A DNA stretch of 64,000 nucleotides from Candidatus Krumholzibacteriia bacterium (GCA_963836185.1 CAWIIQ010000002.1:224001-288000); one strand, 5' to 3'. Counted from the stretch's first letter, positions 9,166 through 19,532 are shown. Numbers and translations: made by a program. Notes: generated by a model from the letters alone, not told the origin.

Positions 9166-9222
9166 TTTTTAAACTGCATTTGTAAAGTCGGTGTTTCAGG
9201 CGTACTGGTTCAGGCTGTTAAC

Positions 9223-9238
9223 TGCAAGATATATGCCT
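9223..9238 (-). promoter_or_regulatory. Probable sigma54 promoter upstream of the activator gene
   Basis: Minus strand AGGCATATATCTTGCA; GG-N10-GC spacing with TTGCA. Confidence 0.55.
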
Positions 9239-9393
9239 CATTACGGGGAATCATGCCTCGCGTGGATATCAGTCGGCATTGAAAGGAGAGGTCTTATTTG
9301 TTATCTTATTAACCGATTGCATCTGTTGACTATCCGCGGAGTTACTATCCGCGGGGTCTCAAAACTAGCAGCCCCTGGATCGAGGTTGATGAT

Positions 9394-11307
9394 ATGCGTG
9401 ATTTGGGAAAGATGTTCCCGCGGATGACTGGATACGCCCTGTTGCTTGCGATTGCTGCATTCGGCCTTTCAGGCTGCAGTGATGATGCGGAGGGTGGTGG
9501 AGAGCCTGTCACCATAAGTTCCGTCACTCCTTCTGAAGCGAGTGCCGGGGATATGGTTACGATAGAAGGTAATGGCTTCAGCGCCGATCCGGCGAAGAAT
9601 GTTGTCAGCTTCTCGGTGGCCGGCGTTTCAAGCTCCTCGGCGAGCAGGGATGCCATTCCTGTCGAAGCGACAAGTACGAGCCTGAGGGTCGAAGTCCCCG
9701 AAGGTTCGTTCACGGGTGATGTGGCGGTAAGATCGCCGTTTCCTATCAGCAGTGGTTCATTCGACTTTACGCCGCCCGGTGTTCCTTCAAACTCTCTGGA
9801 CTTCATGGTCAGGCTGCTCCGCGGTGATGTGGCGAAGATCTACTATGCTGCTTCCGACTACGACCTGGCTGTCAAGACAGGGCTGTCCGGCGAGGAGTAC
9901 ATCCTGATACTCTTCGACAGCGCCACCCCCCCGGACCTGAACATGACTTTCAATTACACGGTCAATAACGATACGCCGTGTTCATCGGCTCCCGCTGCCG
10001 TTGGACCGGATGCCGGTGTTGATAGCGGCGACCAGCCGGACAAGACCGATCCCATGCTTCTGGCGGGGGCTGGAGAGATCACCAGGTCGTTCGAGCGCAA
10101 GAAGTGGGAGGAAGCTCTCGGCCTTCTTCGCGGCGGACCTGTTGATATCGATGTCGACAATACCAGGCCGGCACCATCGCGGTCTTCCTCGCTGGAACCT
10201 CAGGAGCGGCAGTTTTACGTGTTCAGTAATTTCAGTGGAAGCACGGTCAACCCTGACGATTTCACACTCGTTACAGCCGACCTGAAATACGAGGGAACGC
10301 ACACCCTGCTTTACCTCGACCAGACTACACACAGTACCTGCATCAATGACTCAGAGGCGGAGGCCCTTGGCCTGGAGTTCGAGAACAGTATCTATCCGAC
10401 AAATACCTCGAGTTTCGGATCCGAGCCCGATATTAATGGTGACGGCAAGGTCGTCATCCTCCTGACCCCGCTGGTTAACGAACTGACTCCTGATGGCGGC
10501 GCCTCGGCCGGTTATATTGCCGGATTCTTCATGCCGGGCGACCTTCTGCCCGCTTATGTCCCGTCCGGAGCGTCGAACGGGATGGAGATCTACTACTCGA
10601 TGGTACCTGATCCTGGCGGTGAATACGGGAACGTGTACCCCAAGGAGCCGGCGCTCGAGTCGATCAAGGGTGTTACCGCGCACGAGTTCCAGCACATGAT
10701 AATGTTCAATTACCGGGTCCTGATATTCGGGAGCGGTTACAGCGGTGCATACATGGCCGAACTCTGGGTGGATGAGGGACTCGCTCATATTGCCGAGGAT
10801 CTCAACGATCACGACCAGAGTAATATTAACCGCGCGAACCTCTTCCTGAACGATCCTGGTAACGTAACCCTGATCCAGGGGGGAGATGCCCTCACGGAGA
10901 GGGGAGCCAGTTTTCTTTTCTTCAGGTACCTCGGTGACCGGTTCGGCGTAGGAGTCTATTGGGATATCGTTCAGACAAGGAAGACAGGTATCGCCAACAT
11001 AGAAGAGGTCACCGGCTACAGCTTCAAGGAACTGTTTACCGACTGGGCTGCCACTATGTATTTTGAGAGCATGGAGGTGACGCCCGTCGATCCGAAGTAT
11101 TCTTATTCCTCATTTGATATGGCGGCGGTTTTTGAGCCGCTAAGGGTCAGGCAGACCAATATCTGCGGGAGCCCTTACAACGGAGACGTGAAATCGTACG
11201 GGCCGGATTTCCTGCGTCTGGAATTCTCCGGTTCTGACGTCTACGACATAAATATTTCAAGTGCGTTGTTCGGGAGTATGAATGCGGCTCTTATCAGGAC
11301 CCAGTGA
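9394..11307 (+). CDS. Lipoprotein with IPT/TIG domain and M30 (hyicolysin)-like zinc metalloprotease
   Basis: Lipobox LSGC; IPT pattern ISSVTPSEASAGDMVTIEGNGFS; DINGDGKVVIL; HEFQH followed by WVDEGLA. The true start may be a downstream Met. Confidence 0.8.
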   Translation: MRDLGKMFPRMTGYALLLAIAAFGLSGCSDDAEGGGEPVTISSVTPSEASAGDMVTIEGNGFSADPAKNVVSFSVAGVSSSSASRDAIPVEATSTSLRVEVPEGSFTGDVAVRSPFPISSGSFDFTPPGVPSNSLDFMVRLLRGDVAKIYYAASDYDLAVKTGLSGEEYILILFDSATPPDLNMTFNYTVNNDTPCSSAPAAVGPDAGVDSGDQPDKTDPMLLAGAGEITRSFERKKWEEALGLLRGGPVDIDVDNTRPAPSRSSSLEPQERQFYVFSNFSGSTVNPDDFTLVTADLKYEGTHTLLYLDQTTHSTCINDSEAEALGLEFENSIYPTNTSSFGSEPDINGDGKVVILLTPLVNELTPDGGASAGYIAGFFMPGDLLPAYVPSGASNGMEIYYSMVPDPGGEYGNVYPKEPALESIKGVTAHEFQHMIMFNYRVLIFGSGYSGAYMAELWVDEGLAHIAEDLNDHDQSNINRANLFLNDPGNVTLIQGGDALTERGASFLFFRYLGDRFGVGVYWDIVQTRKTGIANIEEVTGYSFKELFTDWAATMYFESMEVTPVDPKYSYSSFDMAAVFEPLRVRQTNICGSPYNGDVKSYGPDFLRLEFSGSDVYDINISSALFGSMNAALIRTQ

Positions 11308-11806
11308 TATTCTGATCGCGCTGCTTCTTCTCGCGGTGACTTCGTGCGCCTCCGCTCCTCCAGCTTCATCTTCCATGGAGCAGTTTCAGCTGGAAGGCTC
11401 CATCCGTGTCGAGGGAGATCAGCCATTCAACAGGGTGATAGTCCTTTCAGACTCTCAGGAGATCAGGTGGAACCTCGATCCGGGCGATCTGGAGGCTGAA
11501 CTTATTCTGCTCGACGGCTATGACGTGACGCTTGTCTGTTCCGGTATTCCTGGTAAAAGGGGCGAGAGGGATGCCCTGGTAGAGAGTTATGTGCTGGTAC
11601 CGCCTGAGGGGATGGTCGCGGTGCTTGGGGATCTTTCGGTCGGGGACGAAACTGTCTTCCTGAATGTCGACGGCAGCAGTTATCGGCTCAACGGGCCCCT
11701 TACAGCCGCGCTGAGGGCTTTCGACGATCACCGAGCCTGGGTATGGGGGATGCCGGGTGATGGTGATATTCTCGACGTAAGCGGCTACGAGGTCCTCGGG
11801 CCGTAG
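11282..11806 (+). CDS. Hypothetical lipoprotein
   Basis: Hydrophobic signal with VTSC lipobox; overlaps the end of the protease gene. Confidence 0.65.
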   Translation: MRLLSGPSDILIALLLLAVTSCASAPPASSSMEQFQLEGSIRVEGDQPFNRVIVLSDSQEIRWNLDPGDLEAELILLDGYDVTLVCSGIPGKRGERDALVESYVLVPPEGMVAVLGDLSVGDETVFLNVDGSSYRLNGPLTAALRAFDDHRAWVWGMPGDGDILDVSGYEVLGP

Positions 11807-11838
11807 AAAAGGGATTTCAACAATAATCGAGGAAACAG

Positions 11839-12253
11839 TCACTGCTGATGTGAGTCAGCCCGGGCCTGATCCCGTCTCTCCTTGACCTCTTCGATGTTCT
11901 TGTAGCGGATGAAGCGGGACATCTCGAGCTGGGTGAAGAACATCGCGAGGCGGTCGTTGCACGGCTCGATCTTCTCACCGAACTTCTCCTTGAGGATGAC
12001 TGGCGATCTCTCCGATGTCGCGCGTGCCGTCGATGTTCTCCCAGACGGTCGCTCCGATATCGTCGAGCGCGATCTTGAAATAGGGGCTTTTCAGACGAGA
12101 GCCGACCATCTTTTTCATTAAGCCGGTCTTGAACCTCGGGCCGAGAATGGTGACGATGCCTTCATCGTCCCTTGTCGACTTCACGGTCTGCTCGGGGATG
12201 AGCTCGAGAAGGTTGATGTCTGGACTGGTCGTCTTTTTCTTTCTTCCGAACAT
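11839..12253 (-). CDS. PqqD-family (RRE-like) protein, frameshifted near 12000
   Basis: IALDDIGATVWENIDGTRDIGEIA continues in another frame as ILKEKFGEKIEPCNDRLAMFFTQLEMSRFI, stop at 11839. Confidence 0.75.
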
Positions 12254-12275
12254 TGTCTGACTATCCCGTCTTCGA

Positions 12276-12310
12276 AAAAGAAGGCCCCGGAGCTCTGCGG
12301 CTCCGGGGCC
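12276..12310 (-). terminator. Intrinsic terminator-like hairpin between the OPT and PqqD-like genes
   Basis: GGCCCCGGAG / CTCCGGGGCC stem followed on the minus strand by TTCTTTTT. Confidence 0.65.
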
Positions 12311-12326
12311 AATAACGCTATATAGA

Positions 12327-14312
12327 CTATTTTGACGCGCTCTTCGCGGGAATCCTGATCAGGATCCATCCGAGAAGGGCGAATACAAGAAGGGCCAGCC
12401 ACGGGTTGCCGCCCTCGATGATCGAGGGAAGGATCGCCTCGCCACCACCGGCGACGACAGTCGCGGCAATGATGATACCCATCAGCGCCTGGCCCGCGAT
12501 GAGGCCCGACGCGAGGAGTATGCCGGTATTGTCGGCCTTCTCCTTGTTGAGGTTGCGCTTCTTGATGTATCCGTCGGCGAACCACTTGATGATCCCGCCG
12601 ATGAAGATCGCGGAGGTCGTGTGGAACGGAAGGTACATGCCGACTGCGATCAGCATCGGCGAAGGAGCGCCGATGAGGATCAGGGCGATCGCGAAGATCG
12701 CTCCCATGATCACGAGCGGCCAGGCCATCTGTCCGGTGATGATACCCTGAGCCAGCATCGCCATCAGTCCGGCCTGCGGCGCGGGAAGGTCGGTTCCGCC
12801 GATACCTCCCGTTGAGGCGTACCCCGTGTGGAGCAGCTGGAGGACCAGGGCCATGACGAACGCGGCCGCGACCACTCCTATGATGCAGCCGAGTTCCATA
12901 GCCCTCGGCGTACCGCCGAGGATATGTCCGGCCTTGAGATCCTGTATGATGTCGCCCGCCACTCCGCTCGAGCAGCAGACAACGGCCGCGACTCCGAGCA
13001 CCGCGGCTACGCCGAACGCTCCCTTCACTCCGACGGCCACCATCAATATCGCCGCCACGATCAATGTAGATAGCGTGAGCCCGGAGATCGGGTTGTTGCT
13101 CGATCCGATCGTTCCTACGAGGAAACCGGCGACCGCGGCGAAGAGGAATCCCGCGATCGTCATTACGATCGCCGAGACAGCCGCTCCGATGATGCTGCCG
13201 CTGAAGTACCAGTAGAGGAAGAAGATCGGTATGACGAGCGCTATGATCCCGATCAGCGTGATCGAGTAGGGGATGTCCTTGTCGATGCGGCTCGTTTCAC
13301 CTTCGGTCTTGACCTTGCCGATCTGGCCGAGGTCCTTGAAGGCCCTCGCTACGCCTGCGCTGAGTGATTTGCGCATCTTGAAGAGTGTATAGAACGCTCC
13401 GACGAGCATTGCGCCTACGGCGAGAGGACGGACCTGCGAGTTCCATACGGCGCCGGTCGTCTCCATCCAGTCGGTGCCCGGGCCGAAGGTGCCGGCGATG
13501 AAGATAAAGAGCGGGGTCATCATCATGTGGCCGAAGACGCCGCCGGCGAATACGATCGCCGCGAGCCTCGGGCCGATGATGTAGCCGACGCCGAGCATCG
13601 CGGGCGAGGCCTCGGGCGACTCGATGAAGATGCCGCCTGTCGGGTTCGACCCGGCCGTTATCGCCTTCAGGTCACTCGTCATCAGCTGGAAGTTCTTTAC
13701 CGTCGGCAGCATCCAGAAATGCTTGACGTAACCCTGGATGAGCTGGAGGCCGAAGCTGTTCTTCAGCATTTCGAGAAGGGCCGCAACGCCTATCATCCCG
13801 AATACGTACTTCGCGCCTGTCGCTCCGCCCTGGCCCGCCTTCACGATCTCTGAGCAGGCGACGCTCTCCGGGAAGGGGAGCGACTTGTCGTCGATCAGGA
13901 CGCGCCTGAGGAAGATCACGAAGAACACGCCGAGGATGCCGCCTACCAGCATGAGGAAGGTGCTTTCCCAGTAGTGGATGTTCTCCCAGATAGGGGCGCC
14001 GGTCTCAGGATTCTTGGCGATCAGGAACGCGGGGATCGTGAAGATCGCTCCGGCGACGACGGCCTCTCCGACAGCAGCCGTGGTACGGCACGTGTTCTCC
14101 TCGAGGATCGATCCCTTGAGCGGTTTGAGCACCGCCATGGCCATCACGGCCGCCGGGAACGTGGCCGCCACAGTCATGCCCGCCACGAGGCCGAGGTAGG
14201 CGTTCGCCGCGCCGAGGACGATCGAGAGTATCGCGCCGAACACGATCGCCGGCAGCGTAAACTCCTTCATCTTCGTTTCAGCGGACACATATGGTTTGAA
14301 CTCTTCGGCCAT
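12327..14312 (-). CDS. OPT family oligopeptide transporter
   Basis: AANAYLGLVAGMTV, LPFPESVAC, GSSNNPISG, QDLKAGHILGGTP, LPAPQAGLM; many TM helices. Confidence 0.95.
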   Translation of the reverse strand: MAEEFKPYVSAETKMKEFTLPAIVFGAILSIVLGAANAYLGLVAGMTVAATFPAAVMAMAVLKPLKGSILEENTCRTTAAVGEAVVAGAIFTIPAFLIAKNPETGAPIWENIHYWESTFLMLVGGILGVFFVIFLRRVLIDDKSLPFPESVACSEIVKAGQGGATGAKYVFGMIGVAALLEMLKNSFGLQLIQGYVKHFWMLPTVKNFQLMTSDLKAITAGSNPTGGIFIESPEASPAMLGVGYIIGPRLAAIVFAGGVFGHMMMTPLFIFIAGTFGPGTDWMETTGAVWNSQVRPLAVGAMLVGAFYTLFKMRKSLSAGVARAFKDLGQIGKVKTEGETSRIDKDIPYSITLIGIIALVIPIFFLYWYFSGSIIGAAVSAIVMTIAGFLFAAVAGFLVGTIGSSNNPISGLTLSTLIVAAILMVAVGVKGAFGVAAVLGVAAVVCCSSGVAGDIIQDLKAGHILGGTPRAMELGCIIGVVAAAFVMALVLQLLHTGYASTGGIGGTDLPAPQAGLMAMLAQGIITGQMAWPLVIMGAIFAIALILIGAPSPMLIAVGMYLPFHTTSAIFIGGIIKWFADGYIKKRNLNKEKADNTGILLASGLIAGQALMGIIIAATVVAGGGEAILPSIIEGGNPWLALLVFALLGWILIRIPAKSASK

Positions 14313-14589
14313 ATAGCCCTCCTTCCCTGGTCGAGAAACGGAACAACTCCACCTAGTCAGATATTTGACACCCGGTTATCCGGATGGGGCATGTTATTCA
14401 CAGCGTTCAGGCAAAGTCAAGGAAATCGTACTGTCAGGAAGCTGACAAGATCTCGTTCATAGATCGCCGGGGTCGTCGCGGCAACTGTCATTGTTGCAGG
14501 GAGTTGTTGAGACAGCAGTCTGCGGGTACAGGTATTGCCTTATCAGCGATGAATGATGTGAGCGGGCAGCTGAATCGAGGGAGGCAGGA

Positions 14590-16020
14590 TTGAAGAACGC
14601 GATAACCGAATACCTCGGGATTCTCTGCGGCGCTTGCGGAGCGTCGACTGCCCGCCTGCGTTTTTATTCCGGTGAGACAGGCTCGCAAGAACCGATAGTG
14701 GAGATTTGTGGAGGTGTTGACGCAGTTCAGGGCATGGAACTGGCGCTGAGGGAATCGGCCGCGTTTGTCGAGGGTTTCGGGGTCTGGCGGATGGACCGCA
14801 GCAGTTACGGCAGCGAGTGGCGGCTCGAACGGCGGCTCGACGGCATGTCTGTCTCACTCGACCTTGAGATGAACGAGAGCTCGCCATCGTTTGTCTCCAG
14901 GAGGCTGTCGGCCGCCGGGGAACTGCTCGGTCTGCTCGAACAGCTGATACCACTGGTCGAGTATCCGGTATCAGGCCCTGAGACATCCGGAGGGGCGGCA
15001 GCCGGAGGGAGCCGCCCTTTCGACCCTCCGATCATCGGGATCTCTCCCTCGATCGTCTCTCTCAGGGATGATGTCAGGAAGGTAGCGGCCGGGGAGATCC
15101 CCGTTCTTGTATGCGGGGAGAGTGGGACGGGGAAGGAACTCGTCGCGCGGAACATCCATTCGCTCGGGCCGAGAGAAGGCGGACCGTTCATCGCGGTCAA
15201 CTGCCTCGAGATGCCGGAAGGCCTTTTGCAGGGTGAACTGTTTGGAAGCGTCAGAGGTGCCTATACGGGAGCTGACCGTGACCGAGAGGGCCTGATCGAG
15301 GCGTCCGGGGGAGGGATCTTCTTTCTCGACGAGATTGGAGAGCTTCCCATGCATCTCCAGGCGGCGCTTCTTCGCGTCCTGCAGGAAAAGGAGGTCCGCA
15401 GGCTCGGAGAGGGCAGGAGCAGGAAGGTCGATGTCCGGTTCATCTTCGCGACCAATCGTGATCTCGAGGAACTCGTCCGTTCGGGAAGCTTCAGGGAGGA
15501 CCTCTATTTCAGATTGAACGCCGTGAAACTTTATATCCCGCCCCTGAGAGCGAGAAGCGAGGATATTCCGGTCCTGGCAGCGAGGTTTCTCGGTGAATCG
15601 TCCCGCCGGATGAGCGGCTGTTCGATGTCGATCACTGCCGGAGCCCTGTCGAGGCTCGTCGGCCACGTGTGGCCGGGGAATGTACGCGAGATGCGAAACG
15701 AGATCGAAAGGGCTGTGACGATGAATCCCGGCGCCAGGAGGATCACCGCTTCGATGCTCGAGATCCCGGAGAAGCGAAAGGGGATCCTGCCCGTCAACGA
15801 TTCAGGTTTTAAGGCGGCAACGATGCCCGAAGCTGTATTGGCGCTCGAACGGAAGATGATCGTAAGGGCGCTTGAGGGATTCGGCGGGAACAGGACTCGT
15901 ACGGCGAAGGCCCTGGGGATCACCCGCCAGGGCCTTCTGAAGAAACTCAAGAGAATGTGTATCGATCCGGATATATTCCGTGACAATCGATCTATCTCAG
16001 TAGAACAGCCTTCCGCGTGA
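14590..16020 (+). CDS. Sigma54-dependent Fis-family activator
   Basis: GESGTGKE, GAYTGA, FFLDEIGE, WPGNVREM, HTH GNRTRTAKALGITRQGL; TTG start uncertain. Confidence 0.9.
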   Translation: MKNAITEYLGILCGACGASTARLRFYSGETGSQEPIVEICGGVDAVQGMELALRESAAFVEGFGVWRMDRSSYGSEWRLERRLDGMSVSLDLEMNESSPSFVSRRLSAAGELLGLLEQLIPLVEYPVSGPETSGGAAAGGSRPFDPPIIGISPSIVSLRDDVRKVAAGEIPVLVCGESGTGKELVARNIHSLGPREGGPFIAVNCLEMPEGLLQGELFGSVRGAYTGADRDREGLIEASGGGIFFLDEIGELPMHLQAALLRVLQEKEVRRLGEGRSRKVDVRFIFATNRDLEELVRSGSFREDLYFRLNAVKLYIPPLRARSEDIPVLAARFLGESSRRMSGCSMSITAGALSRLVGHVWPGNVREMRNEIERAVTMNPGARRITASMLEIPEKRKGILPVNDSGFKAATMPEAVLALERKMIVRALEGFGGNRTRTAKALGITRQGLLKKLKRMCIDPDIFRDNRSISVEQPSA

Positions 16021-18680
16021 ATGTATATGCTCCCGCCCGGTATCTGATAAAATAGATACCCGAGGCAAGAGTGCGGCCCGTGTCATCCGTGCCGTTCCAT
16101 GTCACCGAATAACGTGATGGTTCCTGTTCGGCGTCGACGATCACGCTCACCTGTCTGCCAGTCACGTCATAAGCGGCGATGTATACTTGTGACCTTTCGG
16201 CGATCGAGTAGTCGATCCTCGTCACCGGGTTGAACGGGTTGGGGAAGTTCTGTTCAAGGTTGTAGATCAGCGGAGTCTCCGATATTTCGTCATCGGTAAC
16301 AGTTACGTTGACAGCCGCTCTGACTCTTACCATGACCTCCGGCGTCGATTTTCCGTGTGCTACCCATGAATCGTAGAAGTCCTGCCCGGTAGAGTTCGTT
16401 GTGTTCTCATCGCGGAGAAACTCGACATATTCCTTTGATGTCGTCTGGTAGTAGAGAGTGACGACGACGGAATCGGTTTCGGCCGGCAGCACGTACGGAG
16501 TGTCGTCCCAGTACTGGCCGTCCTCGTAGACGTGCGCTACCGCCGGAGACTGGATGCTCTCGAAGCCAGCGTTGGTGAATCCTCTCGGCGGGATCCTGTT
16601 GTCGGAGTAGATCGTGTCGTTAAGGACGAAATGGAACGACTTGCCTGCCTCCAGGCCGATCGCGTCCGCCAGTCCGGGGCTCAGGCCGGGCTGGATCTCG
16701 TAGATCTTCGCCTGTGAGTCATGTGAGAGATCAGCTGTTTCCAGGTCGTAGGCGCACGACTCGTAGATCGGCGTCCCCGTGTCGTTCATCGCTACGATGT
16801 TGAGCCAGATCCTTCTGCCCTCGGGGTAACCGGAGGGTAGCTTGTGCGCCGTCTCATTTGTTACCCGTACGGTGATGCCGAAATCCTCGGGAGTCACTGT
16901 CATCGAGGCGGCGTTCTGCAGCATGTATCTAGCCCGGTCCTCGGCTGCCTGAAGCTGGGCCAGGTCGACCTCGTCGGGAAAGAAATCGTGGACAGTGCTG
17001 GGCATGAACGTGTTGCCGCCGGAGAAATCATGAAGGCCGAGGTCCGCCCTGTCGTTGACGCCGTTAACGTTGGCGCCCTTGCCGAGAACGTCCCTCATGT
17101 GGCAGTCCTGGCAGGAGGAAACGATGCCGTCGGCCTTGTTGCCGGCGAACTGAGGGGCGTATACGCCGGTCGATGCGTATTCGGTCTGAGTCCACTCGCT
17201 GTATGTGCGCTCTATCGGGAACATGTTTCTCAGGTCCATGTCTGGATGTTCCTCGTCGAAGGTGTTGGGCACGTAATCCGCGCCGCCGGCGTGGACGTAG
17301 ACCGGGTTGCTGACGTCATGGCAGATGCCGCACATGTCGGAGGACCGGTGTATCGGCGATTCGACGAACTGGTGACTCGCCTCGGCGTCGGAGTAGGGGC
17401 CGCGCTTGAGCGGTGACGGATCGTTTATGAACTGTCCGTTCGCATAGTTCAGCGGCAGTGGATCGATGTCGTCGAGAACGTCCTGATCAATAGGAGGGCT
17501 CGTTCCCTCGACGTAATTCTGATCGACTACACGGTGGCAGAAATCGCACTGAACCGAGTGCCTGTCCTTGACGTTGATCATGTCTCCGCTCGTATCGATC
17601 GAGCGGCCTTCCTGCCATCCGCCGGGAGAGTGGCACCTGATGCAGAGATCGCCGACAGACGGTGCGTCCTGCTCGGCAACGGTCATGCAGGCGAGGAATA
17701 TCGGATCCCTCTGCGCCTGTCCCATCATCGAGCCGCGCCAGTTGTACCATGGTTCAGCATTTGTGTCGTAATTGCCGTGGCACGAGGCGCATGAGACATC
17801 CGGATCGTCGAGGATCGCTCCCCTGTGAGGCTCTGTGCCGGGCAGTCTCCATATCCCTCATCGATGTCGGGACGTACCCGGCCGGAGTCCCCGTGATTGT
17901 GAAATCGCTCATGCTCTCGCCGCTTCCCTCGTTGGCGGCGTTGTCGACGGCTTCGACCTTTATCCTGCTGAACGTTCCGGGGAAGTTCGGGACGAACCAC
18001 GAGTAACCCGTGCCGGGGGTCTCGTTCTTCGCGACCGTCTTGAACCATTCCGATCCGCTGTCGTCTGATAAGTAGATGTTCACATGGTTGATCCCGCTCG
18101 CGTCATCCGCTGTATACTGGATCGAATGATATGAGCCGGCCTGGAGGTTCTCTCCGCCCATCGGATCGCTCACAGTCACTGTCGGCGGTATCGTATCTGT
18201 CGCGCCGGCCGGGGTGAGGTAGGGGAGAAGATCGACATGGTCGACGTTCCAGGCGAGGGTGTAATTGTCGATCGTGAGCCCGGGGAACGTAGGTGTGTTG
18301 GAAAAATTAACAATATCGGTCGTCTCGATGTGGTTGTTGAAGCCGTCCGCGTCGGAGTCGTCATTCTCTACCGCCGCGATCGCCTCTTCTATCGACAGAC
18401 CGTTGTTCAGGCCCACCTCTACCGCGAGACCGTAGGGATTCCTCGCGTCAGAGCCGCCGAAATCGAAATGGCATACGCCGCAGTGCCCGGCGTTACTCGG
18501 TACATCGTCGAGCACCGTGCCGACAGCCCCAGGGTGCTGCACGAAGAACTCTTTTCTATACGGATTCTTAGCGAGCGGTGATGAACCGGGGATAAAGATC
18601 GCAGCGAGTATCGTAAGGACCACAAGTGAGAGGACGATCCTGTAAACGAGACACGACTCGGCGAAGATGAATCTCTTCAT
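15992..18680 (-). CDS. Secreted multiheme c-type cytochrome with Ig-like and FlgD/T9SS-like C-terminal domain (frameshifted around 17730-17830)
   Basis: Signal peptide; CxxCH motifs CGVCH, CASCH, CIRCH, CDFCH, CGICH, CQDCH across the joined frames; AHKLPSGYPEGRR; CTD LEQNFPNPFNP...RKAVLLR. Confidence 0.82.
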
Positions 18681-18853
18681 TGGCGGGGCTCCAGTCTGAT
18701 TTTCCCTCCGGCAGCTTTGCGAGAGCAGGTGGTGCTTGAGATATGAGAAGCTATAAATAATTATACCAGATCAACAGAACGGGGCGGCAAGAGTCAGCTC
18801 ACTGATCCTGTCCTCTGCAGTCTGGTATAATTATCCGGCGGACCCTGATCCGC

Positions 18854-19532
18854 CTATCTATTGTACTGCGACTTGATGCTTCCCCACGTCGATTCCTCCG
18901 TGGGTATCGTCGAGTCGTGCGAGAAAGCGGTGAAGCATTCGCCTCCATCGTGTGTCCCGCTGTTGTCCTCGTCCGAGAAGGCCCAGGCGTGTAGCCCGTA
19001 ACATCCATACCATGAGACGAGGATCGTCATCGTGTCCGAATAGTTGTTTCCTTCCGCGGTCGGTGTGGTTACGACCAGGTCACCGGCGTTGTAAGTGTTC
19101 CCCGCAATCGGCATACCGTTCACCATGATGTTCGGGACGCAGCTGTGTGGGACAAACTTGTCGAATACGACGAGGATATTGGGGTAGGTCGTCGGAGTAT
19201 TGCTGAATCCATCGATGACCAGTTCGAATTCCGTGTGGATGAAAACGTATCCATCGTTTCCGTCTGTCGACACCTCGAAGCCCATAAGGCCGGGAGCCTG
19301 ATAGATACTGTGATCGATCTCGTTCGATCCTACCTCGAGTAGGACTTCTCCTCCCCTGTCGTACGCAGCATCGTAGAAAGGATCCCCATATCCGACAGTG
19401 TAGTATTCGGTCATGTCATAGTGGTACATACATGGACCGGTGGGATACACTACAAGGCAGGGATCAGCCATAGCGGCGCTTGCGAGGGACAGGATAAAGA
19501 GATGCGGCGAGAAACCTGAAGCTGTGTTTCAT
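18854..19532 (-). CDS. Secreted hypothetical protein with C-terminal STWGSIK motif (frameshift in signal peptide)
   Basis: ATG 19532 MKHSFRFLAA shifts into LFILSLASAAMADPC; ends PTEESTWGSIKSQYNR. Confidence 0.72.

Noticed and set aside
11839-12253. PQQ biosynthesis locus
   Set aside because: No pqqA/B/C/E or SPASM radical SAM gene is nearby; only the PqqD fold is present.
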